Source: a virus
Length of the DNA stretch: 64,000 nt
IMG/VR virus record: IMGVR_UViG_3300030419_002087
Location: 54,935-118,934 of that record
Strand: one strand, 5' to 3'
In this document: in pieces, positions 10,901-20,555 of the stretch
Layout of the letters: each line of letters starts with the position of its first letter
Numbering within the stretch: the stretch's first letter is position 1
Notes under the pieces: model-generated
Told to the model about the DNA's origin: nothing
The model's database searches: none
The model's input: only the letters and a program-made list of their open reading frames with translations
Program-made: the position numbers and the translations under genes

Positions 10901-12504
10901 CTGGTGGTAATGGATATGCTGTTGGAGATGTTCTTGGATGTAATCTTGGTGAAACTGGTAAGAATTTACGATTTAATGTTGGTATTGTTTCCGCAACTAA
11001 TGCCTTTATATTAGACAAAGTGGTTGGTGATTTCAATACCAGTACAGAATTGATGACTATTAATGCTGTTGGTGTTGCATCTACATTAGTTGGTTCTTTA
11101 CCCGCTACAATTTCAAATACTTATCCATACAGAGATGGCCTTCATGTTAAGGTAAATCATAGAAATCATGGTATGCACTCTAGAACTAATAGAGTGACTA
11201 TATCAGGAGCTGTTGGTGTACAGACAGCTGGTAAAGTATCTGAGGTATATCCTAGTACTTCAACTGAAGATATCAGACTTGATTCTGCTTCTGTCTTTAG
11301 TTCATTTGAAAATGTTGGTGTATCTACTACTAACCCAGGCTATGTCAAGATTGGTAATGAAGTACTTGAATACACGGGAGTTAATGGTGCATCTACACCA
11401 AACAGATTGACTGGTATTACCAGAAGTATTGATAATACAAAGGCCTCAGAACATAAGGTTAGTGATACGATTTATAAGTATGAATCTTCTGGAGTTTCCT
11501 TAAGGAGAATTAATAAGACACATTCATTTGCAGATATTGATAGTAATATTAATATTGGATTAGATGAATATTATATTAAAGTTGATACCACTGCTACAGG
11601 TGTTGGTACAGTTAGGGATGGTACAAGTGCCTTACCTAAGTTGAAGATTTCTGAAACTGAAAAAATTGGTAGAAATGCTGTAAGGGCTACACAAAATACT
11701 CAATTTGAGACTATCACACCAAATATCCAGTTTATGACTCCAAGGGATACTGGAATATCAGCTAGAATGAGAACTACCTCTGCTACTAGTGTTGATGGTA
11801 GTGAGACTTCATTTGTGGATCAGGGATTTGAAGCTATTGATATGGGAGGTTCTACTTCGTTGAGTTCTCCAAGAATCATTGCTTCTAAGATTAATGAGTC
11901 TAATAATCTTACATCATTGCCTGGCAATAAATCATTTACAATGGAACTAGTCTTTGAAACAGAAGACATTAATGTTTCACCAGTAATTGATACTGATAGA
12001 GCTGCTATCATTACTACAACAAATAGAATTGATAGACCTATTACTAATTTTGCTGATGATCCAAGAGTGAATGCTAGATTTGGTGATCCAAATAGTGCAA
12101 TTTATATAAGTAAGAAGATTAATTTGGAAAATCCTGCAACCTTCTTACAAGTGAAATTAGCTGGATATAGACCTGATTCTGGTGATATTCGTGTTCTTTA
12201 CAAGTTGTTTAGAGCCGATAGTGTATCAGCTGAACAACCATTTGAATTATTCCCTGGCTATGATAACTTAACTGATACTAATGGAGATGGTTTTGGTAAT
12301 CAAGTAATTGATTCTAAGAGTAATAATGGTAGACCTGATAAATTCGTACCTGCTGCAAGATTTGATGGAGATTGGAGAGATTATCAATTTACCAATGATA
12401 AACTTCCTGAATTTAATGGCTTCCAAGTTAAAATTATTATGAGTGGAACGGATCAGGCAAATCCACCAAGAATTAAAGACCTTAGAGTAATTGCTTTCGC
12501 ATGA
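4969..12504 (+). CDS. Large virion structural protein (VrlC/DUF4815-like, 2511 aa)
   Basis: MPQETNLNVSPYFDDF, QARELTQLQSILQNQIE, APGADR, GFFVDNF and DPLAQSF motifs; position after gp8 as in cyanomyoviruses. Confidence 0.85.
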   Translation: MPQETNLNVSPYFDDFNEDKNFNRVLFKPATPIQARELTQLQSILQNQIERFGQHFFKEGSQVIPGQIAYDSQYNAVELTESFLGIQLTNYIDQLVGKTIKGEQSGVVAKVVNNLTATKSDRGNNTLYVKYQKSGDDFETVTFQDGENLICTSDIEYGNTRIVANNPFAACIPSNACSIGSAASIADGVYFVRGFFVKVTANTVILDQYTNDPTCRVGLFISENLVTAYSDDTLFDNASGFSNYAAPGADRLQLQTTLIKKDIDEFNDENFVELMRLKSGNIEKFVEKTDYNILKDELARRTYETSGDYYVKPFQVNIKESLNNRQGNGGIYYKDQKTAEGNDPSKDLMVYQMSPGKAYVKGYDIKKITSTNIDVEKPRTIKTIESDIVPVETTSSVIVNNVYGSPKIGFGSTATIDLYTDRINSGGSANGTYIGNAKVYDFKLENTPYANAATNYEVSLYDVQTFTVLTVNTAQTLSTPIYVEGARSGASGYLKSNVSSSVSLTLTGTKGAFIVDEPLKINGVQESVSVTSVVEYDFGDVKSFHQNNSPNVFTADLDLTEKFSIAPPGTQFTITSGGTVTVPGKRFAVGIKTGDIVSYNLQSNSDITYNKVSALSADGSTMTIVACPQDIAGVCDKDLPGGTVSPSDFGIVKPALRNAQNSRLTSNLPQRFISSVDLKNAQLLIRKQYVLNISSKRGTVTVDDPDLFFQPFDEEDYNLTYSDGSIETLSSQNVQFNADFKTITLRSLTKTSDTNAVLVTTLKKINVTSKAKTLSKCAKVTFNRSKHDYSGTNTTSFNNGLTYNAIYGTRVEDDQICLNVPDGLRVHAIFESSGTSDPSLPGATLINRSDALTNTIQGEQVLGVESGALGQVVSTTTSTFEVVYKNEFIFQVGETLIFQSSGITGEVSQVVAGDKNIGEDFQFDNGDRKEYLDYCRIVREPTADEPKKRITVVFDHYVVDAGSGGDVVTVNSYPSDAFEYDLPKIRGRAATDFVDIRPRVKDYSTGDSDSPFEYDYRDFSSTGASAANILVPNEALILGYSYYLGRIDKILLSRDGFFEIKKGAPSENPIAPDTPTGGFLVSTVFNAPYIRNATYESNSILSSHKRYTMFDIGRLENRVKNIEFYTQLSLLETETSNLNIRDAGTGLDRFKSGFFVDNFRGHGSHSISHPLFKASVDKAKGECRPSHYTTSYDLLIGSEQVVGIGTTADPNADLTQVSDLQSNSLQRTGDVVTLKYTESKFIEQKFATTVENVNPFAVINWVGVITLSPASDTWLDEKHLDVNNIIMEGEYQSLMAELNIDPNTGFSPIDWNAWEEDWSSVDVSERELGQKITETDRKVGNWSRGFTEGGELLPPIHGGHISRTRKIDIKETIETEFEETTTVTTGLSRSGVQFNVTERWDTESLGTRLVNKEIIPYMRSRNIEFTSYRIKPRTQFYPFLDGQDIAKYCTPKLVEIEMQSGVFQVGETVYGTTDAFFQFGVDQGPHIIFRVAQTNHKFGAYNNPEITYAVNPYSDTVGLSSTYSATSGVLNVDCGSLQLEVLGDFYGYISKGMKLVGQTSGAEAIVQKNRLITDEKGNLLGTIFVPDNDTSISAPQFTTGTKTFRLSSSKVNSQSPVDNPSTAETTYAAEGTLDIFQEDILSVRNADVSRQTFSDSTVRTNTTQKTFKTQSFENRTVFQNQWYDPLAQSFEITEDNGVFITSLDVFFKSKDSAIPVTAQIRTMLTGMPTSTIVPFGEVIYEPTQINLSNNGTVATNFKFPSPVYLEPGEYAIVLLSASNDYECFISVMEQEDITTADLPESERIIVSQQPYMGSLFKSQNGSTWTPAQFEDLKFSLYKAQFVQEPGTLKYYNPELGVGKLGRPKLRNNPLTFLSQEIRVGLGSTVQTQDFSNGSRLTQVSNLTAEGNIIKSLGKIKIDTLATAAGGITTNSVGTGLTPSGSNLTYTGIALTTITGEGSGAVANIQVVSGGVGVVTVTTGGNGYAVGDVLGCNLGETGKNLRFNVGIVSATNAFILDKVVGDFNTSTELMTINAVGVASTLVGSLPATISNTYPYRDGLHVKVNHRNHGMHSRTNRVTISGAVGVQTAGKVSEVYPSTSTEDIRLDSASVFSSFENVGVSTTNPGYVKIGNEVLEYTGVNGASTPNRLTGITRSIDNTKASEHKVSDTIYKYESSGVSLRRINKTHSFADIDSNINIGLDEYYIKVDTTATGVGTVRDGTSALPKLKISETEKIGRNAVRATQNTQFETITPNIQFMTPRDTGISARMRTTSATSVDGSETSFVDQGFEAIDMGGSTSLSSPRIIASKINESNNLTSLPGNKSFTMELVFETEDINVSPVIDTDRAAIITTTNRIDRPITNFADDPRVNARFGDPNSAIYISKKINLENPATFLQVKLAGYRPDSGDIRVLYKLFRADSVSAEQPFELFPGYDNLTDTNGDGFGNQVIDSKSNNGRPDKFVPAARFDGDWRDYQFTNDKLPEFNGFQVKIIMSGTDQANPPRIKDLRVIAFA

Positions 12505-12716
12505 CGTACAAAAAAGTTGAAGGACATGATGACCTTATAAGAGATATGGCCAATGGTGCTATTATAAACAAAGACACCAGTGGTTATAGGGATTATATTA
12601 CATTGAGGAATCAGAAGATAAAAGAACAAGAACGAATTGATTCTATAGAAGATGAGATTGGTGAAATCAAATCTTTATTAAAAGAATTAGTTCAGAATAT
12701 AAATACATCTAGATAA
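12501..12716 (+). CDS. Conserved small coiled-coil hypothetical protein
   Basis: ATGA overlap with upstream stop; KVEGHDDLIRD...GAIIN motif plus C-terminal coiled coil. Confidence 0.75.
   Translation: MTYKKVEGHDDLIRDMANGAIINKDTSGYRDYITLRNQKIKEQERIDSIEDEIGEIKSLLKELVQNINTSR
12698..12705 (+). promoter_or_regulatory. T4-type late promoter TATAAATA
   Basis: Exact gp55 consensus about 30 nt upstream of the ORF at 12736. Confidence 0.65.
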
Positions 12717-12735
12717 AGTACCAAGTATTTGAAAT

Positions 12736-13074
12736 ATGTCAATTTACGTTGTAAATTTGGGTATTGAACAAGGTACTGATTTTCAACAGACCTTCGATCT
12801 GACTGCTACAAACGGTCAACCTCTAAACTTAGAGAATTACTCCGGCAAATCTCAGATGAGAAAATATGCTGGGAGTAGAAATGCTTATGACTTTACCGTA
12901 ACTTTTACGGATAGAGCATCTGGACAGATCAAACTATCGATAACCGATACAATTACCAAGAGAATTAAACCAGGCCGATATATTTACGATATCCAATTAA
13001 CGGATTCTAATGATGAAAAACTCAGAGTTTGTGAAGGTCAGGTGCTTGTGAGAGAAAGCGCTACTAAGGGGTAA
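12736..13074 (+). CDS. Small virion structural protein (Ig/BppU-like baseplate-associated domain)
   Basis: IEQGTDF...PGRYIYDI...EG motif pattern common in myovirus structural genes. Confidence 0.65.
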   Translation: MSIYVVNLGIEQGTDFQQTFDLTATNGQPLNLENYSGKSQMRKYAGSRNAYDFTVTFTDRASGQIKLSITDTITKRIKPGRYIYDIQLTDSNDEKLRVCEGQVLVRESATKG

Positions 13075-13079
13075 GCTAA

Positions 13080-13298
13080 ATGGCTGGATCTTCACGATTT
13101 AGAGGTGGGGGTGTCAACGCAATTAAAGTGGCTGCTACGTCTCGTGCTGAGGCTGGCGGTACATTTCGATCACTTTCCGACACTGATGTGAGTAACCTAG
13201 GCGATGGTTATCTTGCAGTATATAATGTCACAACAGGTAAATGGACATCTCAAGTTAACTTGGGAGACAATACCGAAATAGACGGAGGCACCTTCTAA
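13080..13298 (+). CDS. Small structural/fibre-associated protein
   Basis: LSDTDVS...GYLAVYN...KW and IDGGTF C-terminus, shared in style with fibre proteins. Confidence 0.6.
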   Translation: MAGSSRFRGGGVNAIKVAATSRAEAGGTFRSLSDTDVSNLGDGYLAVYNVTTGKWTSQVNLGDNTEIDGGTF

Positions 13299-15118
13299 TG
13301 GCCGTCATAAGAATTAAACGGAGTACTGGCTCAACTGCTCCTGTATCATTGGGTGTAGGTGAACCTGCGGCTACCGTAGAAACCGCTACCCAAGGTGCAT
13401 GGAATAATAAAGCTGGTCGTCTTTTTGTAGGTAACGCTTCTGGAGTGCCTGTAGAAGTAGGTGGAGAATATTATACAGAATTATTAAATCATCAACAGAG
13501 TATTCTTACTAACGATTCAGCTGTAATCGTAGGTGCTGCTGGTTCCATAGATCATTGGAACGTTGTTGGTATGGCGACATTCCAACAAATAAAAGTAACA
13601 GCAGCTGCTGAATTTTTAGGTGATGTAACACTTAGTAATCCAGTAACATTTGATTATCTATCTGGTACTTCACTAACAGTCAATAGTAATTTTTATTCTG
13701 CTGGTGTTACTACTTTACAAAGAGCTTATATTCCAGAAGATCTGAATGTTGTTGGATTATCAACTTTTGTTGGATTCTCGACATTTGGGGCTAATGTTGC
13801 TGTTGCCGATTCTGTTGGAGTAGGTACTGGTTTCTATGCAACTAATGCTGGAGATGTTAAATTAGAATCCTTAACCATAACTGGGTTAAGTACTAATAGG
13901 ATCCCATACCTTACACCTAATGGTTCTGGTGAACCTGGCAAACCACAGTTTACTACTGGTAATGGATTAATATACAATGTAGCTGGTTTTGGAACTGGCC
14001 CGACTCCAGAATTTGTTACTGATGCAATCGCTGTATCTATAGCTGGTACTGTTTATGCACCAGCTGGTGTTGTTACTACTATTAATGGTACAACACTAAC
14101 ATATACCAATGGATCTATTAATGATCTAACCCTTGGTGTGGGAACAGAGGCATATTCTTTCCCTAATCAAGATGCTACAACTGCTGGTTGGATTCTAAGA
14201 AGTGATTCTAATGGTACATTAAATTGGGCTCCAAATGATGCTCGACTTAATTACATTGGTAGAACTGGAGCTGGATCAACTAGTGCTGGTACTGTTGGTC
14301 TTAACACTGAGACTTTTGAAATATGGGGTTCAGCAAACGAGATTGATACTGTTGCTGTAGGTAGAACTATAACAATCAGTTTACCAGATGAAGTTATTAT
14401 TGGTACTGCATTAACAGTTAGTGGCCCAGTAAGTATTGCTGGAAGTCTATCTGTTGAAGGAAGTGTTACTTATCTCGATTCTACGATTACGCAGATTAAA
14501 GATAAGAAAATTGATCTTGCATATTCTGATTCTCCAAATGATACTAATGCCGATGGTGGTGGTATATCCATTAAAGGTAATAGTGATTATGAAATAACAT
14601 GGGCAAGTGGTGTTGGTGCTTTCCAAGTAAATCAAAGTTGGCTACCATATAGTAACAACACATACGATCTTGGTTCTGATTCTGTTCAATGGAGAAATAT
14701 ATACGTTGATGGATATGTTGATACTGATGAAATATTAGTTTCTGGTATTGGTACTCTAACATCAGCTGATATCAACGGTGGTAATATAGACAGTACTGTT
14801 ATTGGTGCTGCTGTATCAACTACGGCATATTTTGAAAGAATTGGATGGGGTGCAACTGCACATGCAACTCAATTAACTCTTTTAAGTGGTACTGTAACTA
14901 GTTTACAAGTTACTGGTATTACTACATTAGGAAGATTATTCTCATCAACCTCTCCAGATGAAAATGGAGTTGGTTATGCTGGTTCTACTGGTGAAGTAGG
15001 ATTTACATCCTCACCATCAGCTGGAATATCAACTTCCCATTACTTACTTACTTCAGTAGGTATCGCAACCGATGATCGGCCTGTATGGACTGATACAATA
15101 GATTGTGGAACTTATTGA
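13298..15118 (+). CDS. Tail fibre / whisker-like protein
   Basis: N-terminal IRIKRSTGSTAPxxLxxGE (tropism-determinant-like N-domain), YDLGSxxxQWRNIY motif, IDCGTY end; lies just before gp13. Confidence 0.65.
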   Translation: MAVIRIKRSTGSTAPVSLGVGEPAATVETATQGAWNNKAGRLFVGNASGVPVEVGGEYYTELLNHQQSILTNDSAVIVGAAGSIDHWNVVGMATFQQIKVTAAAEFLGDVTLSNPVTFDYLSGTSLTVNSNFYSAGVTTLQRAYIPEDLNVVGLSTFVGFSTFGANVAVADSVGVGTGFYATNAGDVKLESLTITGLSTNRIPYLTPNGSGEPGKPQFTTGNGLIYNVAGFGTGPTPEFVTDAIAVSIAGTVYAPAGVVTTINGTTLTYTNGSINDLTLGVGTEAYSFPNQDATTAGWILRSDSNGTLNWAPNDARLNYIGRTGAGSTSAGTVGLNTETFEIWGSANEIDTVAVGRTITISLPDEVIIGTALTVSGPVSIAGSLSVEGSVTYLDSTITQIKDKKIDLAYSDSPNDTNADGGGISIKGNSDYEITWASGVGAFQVNQSWLPYSNNTYDLGSDSVQWRNIYVDGYVDTDEILVSGIGTLTSADINGGNIDSTVIGAAVSTTAYFERIGWGATAHATQLTLLSGTVTSLQVTGITTLGRLFSSTSPDENGVGYAGSTGEVGFTSSPSAGISTSHYLLTSVGIATDDRPVWTDTIDCGTY

Positions 15119-15159
15119 TCTAAGCCCATACTAAATAGATAGGAGCTAGTTTTATATAC

Positions 15160-16287
15160 ATGGCGAAACCTAGCAGTAGACAAGAACTAATCGATTATTG
15201 CCTGAGACAGCTGGGCGAGCCCGTCTTGGAAGTAAACGTTGATGAGGATCAAATTGACGATATAGTTGATGATTCTCTTCAGTACTTCCAAGAGCGACAC
15301 ATGGATGGTGTTGAGAGAATGTATCTCAAACACCAGATACAACAATGGGAAATTGATGCAGCAAGAACTAAACAGATAGGATCTGTTGGAATTTCTTCAC
15401 AGACATTTAATGGAGCCACTGGAGTAAATACAAGTACAAACGGAAATAATATATTAATACCAAATCATGGCCTAGCAACAGGCTCACAGATATGGTATAG
15501 TGTTGGTGCAGGTTGTACTCCTATTGGAATAACAAGTGATATAGTTCTTGCTGGAGTAGGTACTACTTCTTTCTTGGGTATAGGAACTGATAGTGTAGAA
15601 CTTTATGCTATAGCAGATAATAAGAATCAAATTAGAGTTGCTGCAAGTAGTAGTGAAGCTGGTGCTGGAGTTGCAATAACATTTACTTCAGCTGGTATTG
15701 GTTCAACACACTTTGTTGCAACACAATCACAATTTTACGAAGCAAGAAATTATATTGAAATACCAGATCATGTTATAGGTGTTCAAGGTATTTTTAGATT
15801 TGATGATAATACTATTTCACAGAACATGTTCAGTATATCGTATCAGATATTCTTGAATGATGTTTATAATTTTAGTTCTGTGGAACTACTTAATTATACA
15901 ATGGTTAAACAGTATCTTGAGACTATTCAATTCTTGATAAGTCCAGATAAAAAGATTAGATATAATAAACGTGGTAATAGATTGTATCTTGACATGGATT
16001 GGGCCTCACAGTCCGCTAATGATTATCTTGTAATTGATTGTTATAGGATTTTAGATCCAAGTACTAATACAGAAGTTTTTAATGATAGTTTCTTAAAGAA
16101 ATATGTGACCGCAAAGATTAAACGTCAATGGGGTCAGAATTTAATGAAATTTACTGGGGTTAAATTGCCTGGTGGTCTTGAATTAAATGGCAGACAATTG
16201 TATGAAGATTCTCTAAGAGAATTAGATGAAATACAAAATAGGATGCCAACAGAGTATGAATTACCACCTCTTGACTTGATAGGATAA
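15160..16287 (+). CDS. gp13: Neck protein gp13 (with internal insertion)
   Basis: MAKPSSRQELIDYCLRQLG, KRQWGQNLMKF, LPGGLELNG; CTAAATA late promoter at about 15131. Confidence 0.92.
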   Translation: MAKPSSRQELIDYCLRQLGEPVLEVNVDEDQIDDIVDDSLQYFQERHMDGVERMYLKHQIQQWEIDAARTKQIGSVGISSQTFNGATGVNTSTNGNNILIPNHGLATGSQIWYSVGAGCTPIGITSDIVLAGVGTTSFLGIGTDSVELYAIADNKNQIRVAASSSEAGAGVAITFTSAGIGSTHFVATQSQFYEARNYIEIPDHVIGVQGIFRFDDNTISQNMFSISYQIFLNDVYNFSSVELLNYTMVKQYLETIQFLISPDKKIRYNKRGNRLYLDMDWASQSANDYLVIDCYRILDPSTNTEVFNDSFLKKYVTAKIKRQWGQNLMKFTGVKLPGGLELNGRQLYEDSLRELDEIQNRMPTEYELPPLDLIG

Positions 16288-18257
16288 TGGCACCATTAAA
16301 TCCGTTTTATAGACAAGAAGTTGCTAGTGAACAGAGACTAGTACAAGATTTGGTCAATGAACATCTAAGGATGTATGGCCAAGAGGTATATTATTTGCCT
16401 AGAAAGTACATTGGTACTGATAACATCATGAGGGAGAATGTTCTCGCAAAGTTTGATGATGCTTATCCAATAGAAGCCTATGTTATGAATGTTGATGGTT
16501 TTCAGGGTTCTGGAGACTTGATGACCAAATTTGGAATAAGAGTAACAGATGAAGCAACCTTTATAATTTCAAGAGAAAGATTTGAGGATTATATTTTTAA
16601 CCTTATTAGTACTATTGATGATACACAAGATTCTCGTAGAGCTCTTGGTTTAGATCTCGGAATGAGACCATATGAAGGAGATTTAATATATTTTGGATTA
16701 ACAGATAGTCTTTTTGAAATTAAGTTTGTAGAACATGAAAATCCATTCTATCAACTTGGTCAATTAACCACATATGAATTAAGGTGTGAACTCTTTGAAT
16801 ATGAGGATGAGGTTATTGACACTGATATCGCTGATATCGACGATAATGCAGCAGATATAGGTTATGTTGTTACATTGACCCTGGCGGGTCTTGGAGTGAC
16901 CGCTGGGGCGCAAGCTGGCCTATCTACGGGATCTGTTAGTAGGGTAGTTATTGAAAATGATGGATATGGATACTCTACAGTTCCAACAGTTGCGATTTCA
17001 TCTTCACCAAATACGGCTCCTTTTGCAGATGCAAGAGCTGTTGCTATAGGTACAGTTGGTACTGGTTTAACAACATACTCTGTACAAGAGATTAAACTAA
17101 TAAATCCTGGCTTTGGATATACTCAACCACCAACCGTAACTCTTGTTGGAGATGGTGGTGGTGCAGTATTGAGAGCAGATATTGCTGCAATTGGTGCTGT
17201 TAGGATTGACCAAGTTGCTCCATTCGTGGGTGGATTGGGTTATAGGCCTGGTGCAAATATTAATGTTTCTATTAGTACTTCTCCAGTAGGTCTTGCTACT
17301 GCAAATGCTACTGCTGATGGAGTTGTATCTGCTGCTGGTACAGTTGAACAAATAAGATTCAGTAATGCTGGATTTGGATATACCGTAACACCATCCTTTA
17401 ATATTGATAGTCCATATCAAACTAGAAATGCTATTGCGAATATTGGATTTACAACTGTTGGTATGGGAACAATTACCAATATTACTATAGCGGATGCTGG
17501 TCTTGGAAATACTACTCCTCCAGCTATTACAATATCCAGTCCATCAGGATTTAGACAAGGTATTGTTACCTCTGGAGTTGGTATAGGAAGTACTGTTAAT
17601 TCCTTGTCTATAGGTAATACTGGAGCATATTATGGATCTGCCCCAGTAGTAACCATCGCTGATCCTCCTACTATTGGTGTTGGTTCAGGTGTAACTGCTA
17701 CCGCAACTGCTTATGTTAATGTAACAACTGGTATACTTACTGGAGTAACCATAACAAATCCTGGCTTAGGATATACGGCCGCACCAGATGTATCATTGAG
17801 TAGTGGTATTGCAACTGCTACTGCAACTGCACTTGTTAATGCAATAACTGGAATTGTAACTGATATTAATATCACCTATGTTGGTGCTGGATATACTACA
17901 CAACCAACTATATCCTTCTCTGAACCTCCAGTTGGTGTTAATACAGGTGTCTTTATGATGAATGAGATGGTTACAGGAACCACAGGCCTAGCAACTGCTC
18001 TTGTTAAAGATTATGATGATGTCAATAAGACATTGAAGGTTTATCGTGTTGCTGGTACATTTGTTAACGATGAGAAGATAGTTGGATCTGCAACTACTCT
18101 AGATGGAGTAGATAGAGCAGGTAGTTACTATATTAATAAAGTTTCCTATGAAGATACTGATGATAAATGGGAAGCAAATACAGAAATTCAAGATGCTGCT
18201 ACGGATATAGATGGCATAGTTGATTGGACAGAGACTAATCCATTTGGAACATTTTAG
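16287..18257 (+). CDS. gp14: Neck protein gp14 (with long repeat insertion)
   Basis: EQRLVQDLVNEHLRMYG, PFYQLG, ELFEY, C-terminal ETNPFG; central GxGY-P repeats. Confidence 0.9.
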   Translation: MAPLNPFYRQEVASEQRLVQDLVNEHLRMYGQEVYYLPRKYIGTDNIMRENVLAKFDDAYPIEAYVMNVDGFQGSGDLMTKFGIRVTDEATFIISRERFEDYIFNLISTIDDTQDSRRALGLDLGMRPYEGDLIYFGLTDSLFEIKFVEHENPFYQLGQLTTYELRCELFEYEDEVIDTDIADIDDNAADIGYVVTLTLAGLGVTAGAQAGLSTGSVSRVVIENDGYGYSTVPTVAISSSPNTAPFADARAVAIGTVGTGLTTYSVQEIKLINPGFGYTQPPTVTLVGDGGGAVLRADIAAIGAVRIDQVAPFVGGLGYRPGANINVSISTSPVGLATANATADGVVSAAGTVEQIRFSNAGFGYTVTPSFNIDSPYQTRNAIANIGFTTVGMGTITNITIADAGLGNTTPPAITISSPSGFRQGIVTSGVGIGSTVNSLSIGNTGAYYGSAPVVTIADPPTIGVGSGVTATATAYVNVTTGILTGVTITNPGLGYTAAPDVSLSSGIATATATALVNAITGIVTDINITYVGAGYTTQPTISFSEPPVGVNTGVFMMNEMVTGTTGLATALVKDYDDVNKTLKVYRVAGTFVNDEKIVGSATTLDGVDRAGSYYINKVSYEDTDDKWEANTEIQDAATDIDGIVDWTETNPFGTF

Positions 18258-18265
18258 GAGGTAGT

Positions 18266-18598
18266 ATGACGAGTAGTTATGATAAGGATTGGTTTAAAGA
18301 TCCACCAGATTTAGCACCTTCATCTTATGAGCCTCCTGAAAATCCGCTAGATAGTATGCCGATAGCAACATATAAAAATAGATATGCTGATCCAGAACGT
18401 CAAGCAGAAATAGAAGCTATCTTAGAACAAAACCCAAGACCAGAGGAAGATATGGCAGAATGGTTTAATGATAAATCAGAAAAGAAAGAAGATAAGAGTA
18501 TACATCAAAAGATGTATGAGATTGCAACTAATAGATATAATCCATTTTCTATAGGTGGATCTGAGAATTGTGATTCTGATATATCTTGTAATCAATAA
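18266..18598 (+). CDS. Hypothetical protein
   Basis: 110-aa ORF with strong RBS AGGAGG upstream. Confidence 0.7.
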   Translation: MTSSYDKDWFKDPPDLAPSSYEPPENPLDSMPIATYKNRYADPERQAEIEAILEQNPRPEEDMAEWFNDKSEKKEDKSIHQKMYEIATNRYNPFSIGGSENCDSDISCNQ

Positions 18599-18615
18599 AT
18601 AGTTAAAAAATTGTC

Positions 18616-19701
18616 ATGATAGGAAATTATTTCTACCATCAGATATTGAGACGTACCGTAATTGGATTCGGTACTCTTTTCAATAATATTGAGATCCGTC
18701 ATAATGACGATGATGGTAAATCTCAAAGTAGAATGAAGGTGCCATTGGCTTATGGGCCAATGCAGAAATTCCTTGCGAAGGTTGATACACAGAGAGATTT
18801 GGCTGGTAGAGCTGCAATTACTTTACCTCGTCTTTCTTTTGAGATGATTTCTATAACATATGATTCAACACGTAAGGCATCAATAACTCAAACATTTAGA
18901 ACTAATACTGGCGCAAAAGTAGATCAGACTAAAAAAGTCTTCATGCCAGTTCCATATAATATCGGATTCCAACTTAGTGTTGCAACTAAATTAAATGATG
19001 ATATGTTGCAAATTATGGAACAAATTCTTCCATATTTTCAACCTGCACTTAATGTCACAATAAATTTAGTTGATAGTATTGGTGAGAAGAGAGATGTTCC
19101 TATAGTATTAGAATCTATCAATATGTCCGATGATTATGAAGGTAGTTTTGATAATCGTCGTGCAATGATATCAACTCTCAATTTTTCAGCTAAGACATAT
19201 TTGTTTGGTGCAATTGCTGATTCTCCAGAGGGTCTTATCAAGAAAGTTCAAGTTGATTACTTCCTTGACACTAATACAGAAAGAGCAAGAAGAGAAGTTC
19301 GTTATCGTGTTACTCCTAGAGCTGTTAAGGATTATGACAATGATGACACCACTACATTAAGAGGTGCAATTACAGCAGAAGAGACACTTCTTAAACTTAA
19401 GAGTGTTGCTGGCCTCAATGTTGATGACTACATTCGTGTTGGTGATGAAAATATGCAGATCAGAGAAATTGATACAATTGAGAAGAACTTAGTTGTATTC
19501 CGTGGTGTTGATAACACTCCTGTTTCTGCACATATAACCAATACATCGGTTGATATTATTTCTGGTACTAGAACTCCAGATCTACCTCTAACTGGTGATG
19601 ATGCTCTTATACTTGATGGTGATGACTTTGGATTTAATGAACTTACTTCCGAATATTCAGACTATAAGACTTACTCACCATCATTAGGTGAAGATGTATA
19701 A
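18616..19701 (+). CDS. gp15: Tail sheath stabilizer/completion protein gp15
   Basis: YFYHQILRRTVIGFGTLFNNI, VPLAYGP, LPRLSFE, EQILPYFQP. Confidence 0.92.
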   Translation: MIGNYFYHQILRRTVIGFGTLFNNIEIRHNDDDGKSQSRMKVPLAYGPMQKFLAKVDTQRDLAGRAAITLPRLSFEMISITYDSTRKASITQTFRTNTGAKVDQTKKVFMPVPYNIGFQLSVATKLNDDMLQIMEQILPYFQPALNVTINLVDSIGEKRDVPIVLESINMSDDYEGSFDNRRAMISTLNFSAKTYLFGAIADSPEGLIKKVQVDYFLDTNTERARREVRYRVTPRAVKDYDNDDTTTLRGAITAEETLLKLKSVAGLNVDDYIRVGDENMQIREIDTIEKNLVVFRGVDNTPVSAHITNTSVDIISGTRTPDLPLTGDDALILDGDDFGFNELTSEYSDYKTYSPSLGEDV

Positions 19702-19716
19702 TTTGGAGATGTTATT

Positions 19717-20118
19717 ATGTCATTTAACGAAATTAACAAAGCACTTGATATCGATAGTGATGATATAGTTTCTGTTGACAAAACGGAAGTAGAAGTAGGG
19801 ATAACTAAACCAGATATAGATAGAGATTATGAATATACTCGTGGTCAACTCTATTCTTTAATAGAGAAGGGTCAGGAGGCGATTGATGGTATTATGGAAA
19901 TATCACAAGAAACTGGATCTGCCAGGGCTTATGAAGTTACTGGACAGATAATTAAGAGTGTGGCTGATGCCACAGATAAATTATTAGACCTACAGAAAAA
20001 ACTTAGAGATATTGAGGATCCTAAAGAAAAAGGCCCCTCAACTGTTAATAACGCTTTATTCGTGGGGTCAACTGCTGAGTTGCAAAAATTACTCAAAAAA
20101 GGTAAACTAGATGACTGA
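19717..20118 (+). CDS. gp16: Terminase small subunit gp16
   Basis: DYEYTRGQLYSLIEKGQEA, RAYEV, NNALFVGSTAELQKLL. Confidence 0.92.
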   Translation: MSFNEINKALDIDSDDIVSVDKTEVEVGITKPDIDRDYEYTRGQLYSLIEKGQEAIDGIMEISQETGSARAYEVTGQIIKSVADATDKLLDLQKKLRDIEDPKEKGPSTVNNALFVGSTAELQKLLKKGKLDD

Positions 20119-20551
20119 AGAGGTAAAAAAGAAAGAGGACAAGAAGAAAAATCTCTTTGCTAAGGCAAAGGATGCAATTCTTCCTGATCAAGATGAGCAA
20201 GCTGCTATCATTAGTACATTTGTTCGACTCGGCGTTTTGGTTTGGAGTGGCGGAATTTTAACTTTAAATTACGTGGCCATACCTGGCGTACCTCAACAAA
20301 AAATAGATCCGACATTCATAGCTTCAGTTTTTACTGGCGTTCTGGCTAGCTTTGGCATTCAGACTGCATCTAAGAAAGGTGACGGTACTATGAAAATGGA
20401 TGCTGCAAAGGCTGCAGCTGCTGCTGTTAATGGTGGTTCTGGAGGAACAGTTCAAACAATTAGAATTGAACAGATGCCTTTAAAAATTATTGCAGCTGAT
20501 ATTCCTCCTACATTAGATCCTAAGAAGGATCCTCCTAAACCTATCGTATAA
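20111..20551 (+). CDS. Conserved membrane protein (2 predicted TM segments)
   Basis: Hydrophobic VRLGVLVWSGGILTLNY and DPTFIASVFTGVLASFG segments. Confidence 0.75.
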   Translation: MTEEVKKKEDKKKNLFAKAKDAILPDQDEQAAIISTFVRLGVLVWSGGILTLNYVAIPGVPQQKIDPTFIASVFTGVLASFGIQTASKKGDGTMKMDAAKAAAAAVNGGSGGTVQTIRIEQMPLKIIAADIPPTLDPKKDPPKPIV

Positions 20552-20555
20552 AATT

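Noticed and set aside
1612-12011. Alternative-frame and antisense ORFs inside gp7, gp8 and the VrlC-like gene (e.g. 1612-2046, 4074-4942, 8613-8828, 10659-11036)
   Set aside because: Shadow ORFs caused by codon bias; no RBS or motifs, and fully nested in strong genes. The same applies to nested ORFs elsewhere in the track.
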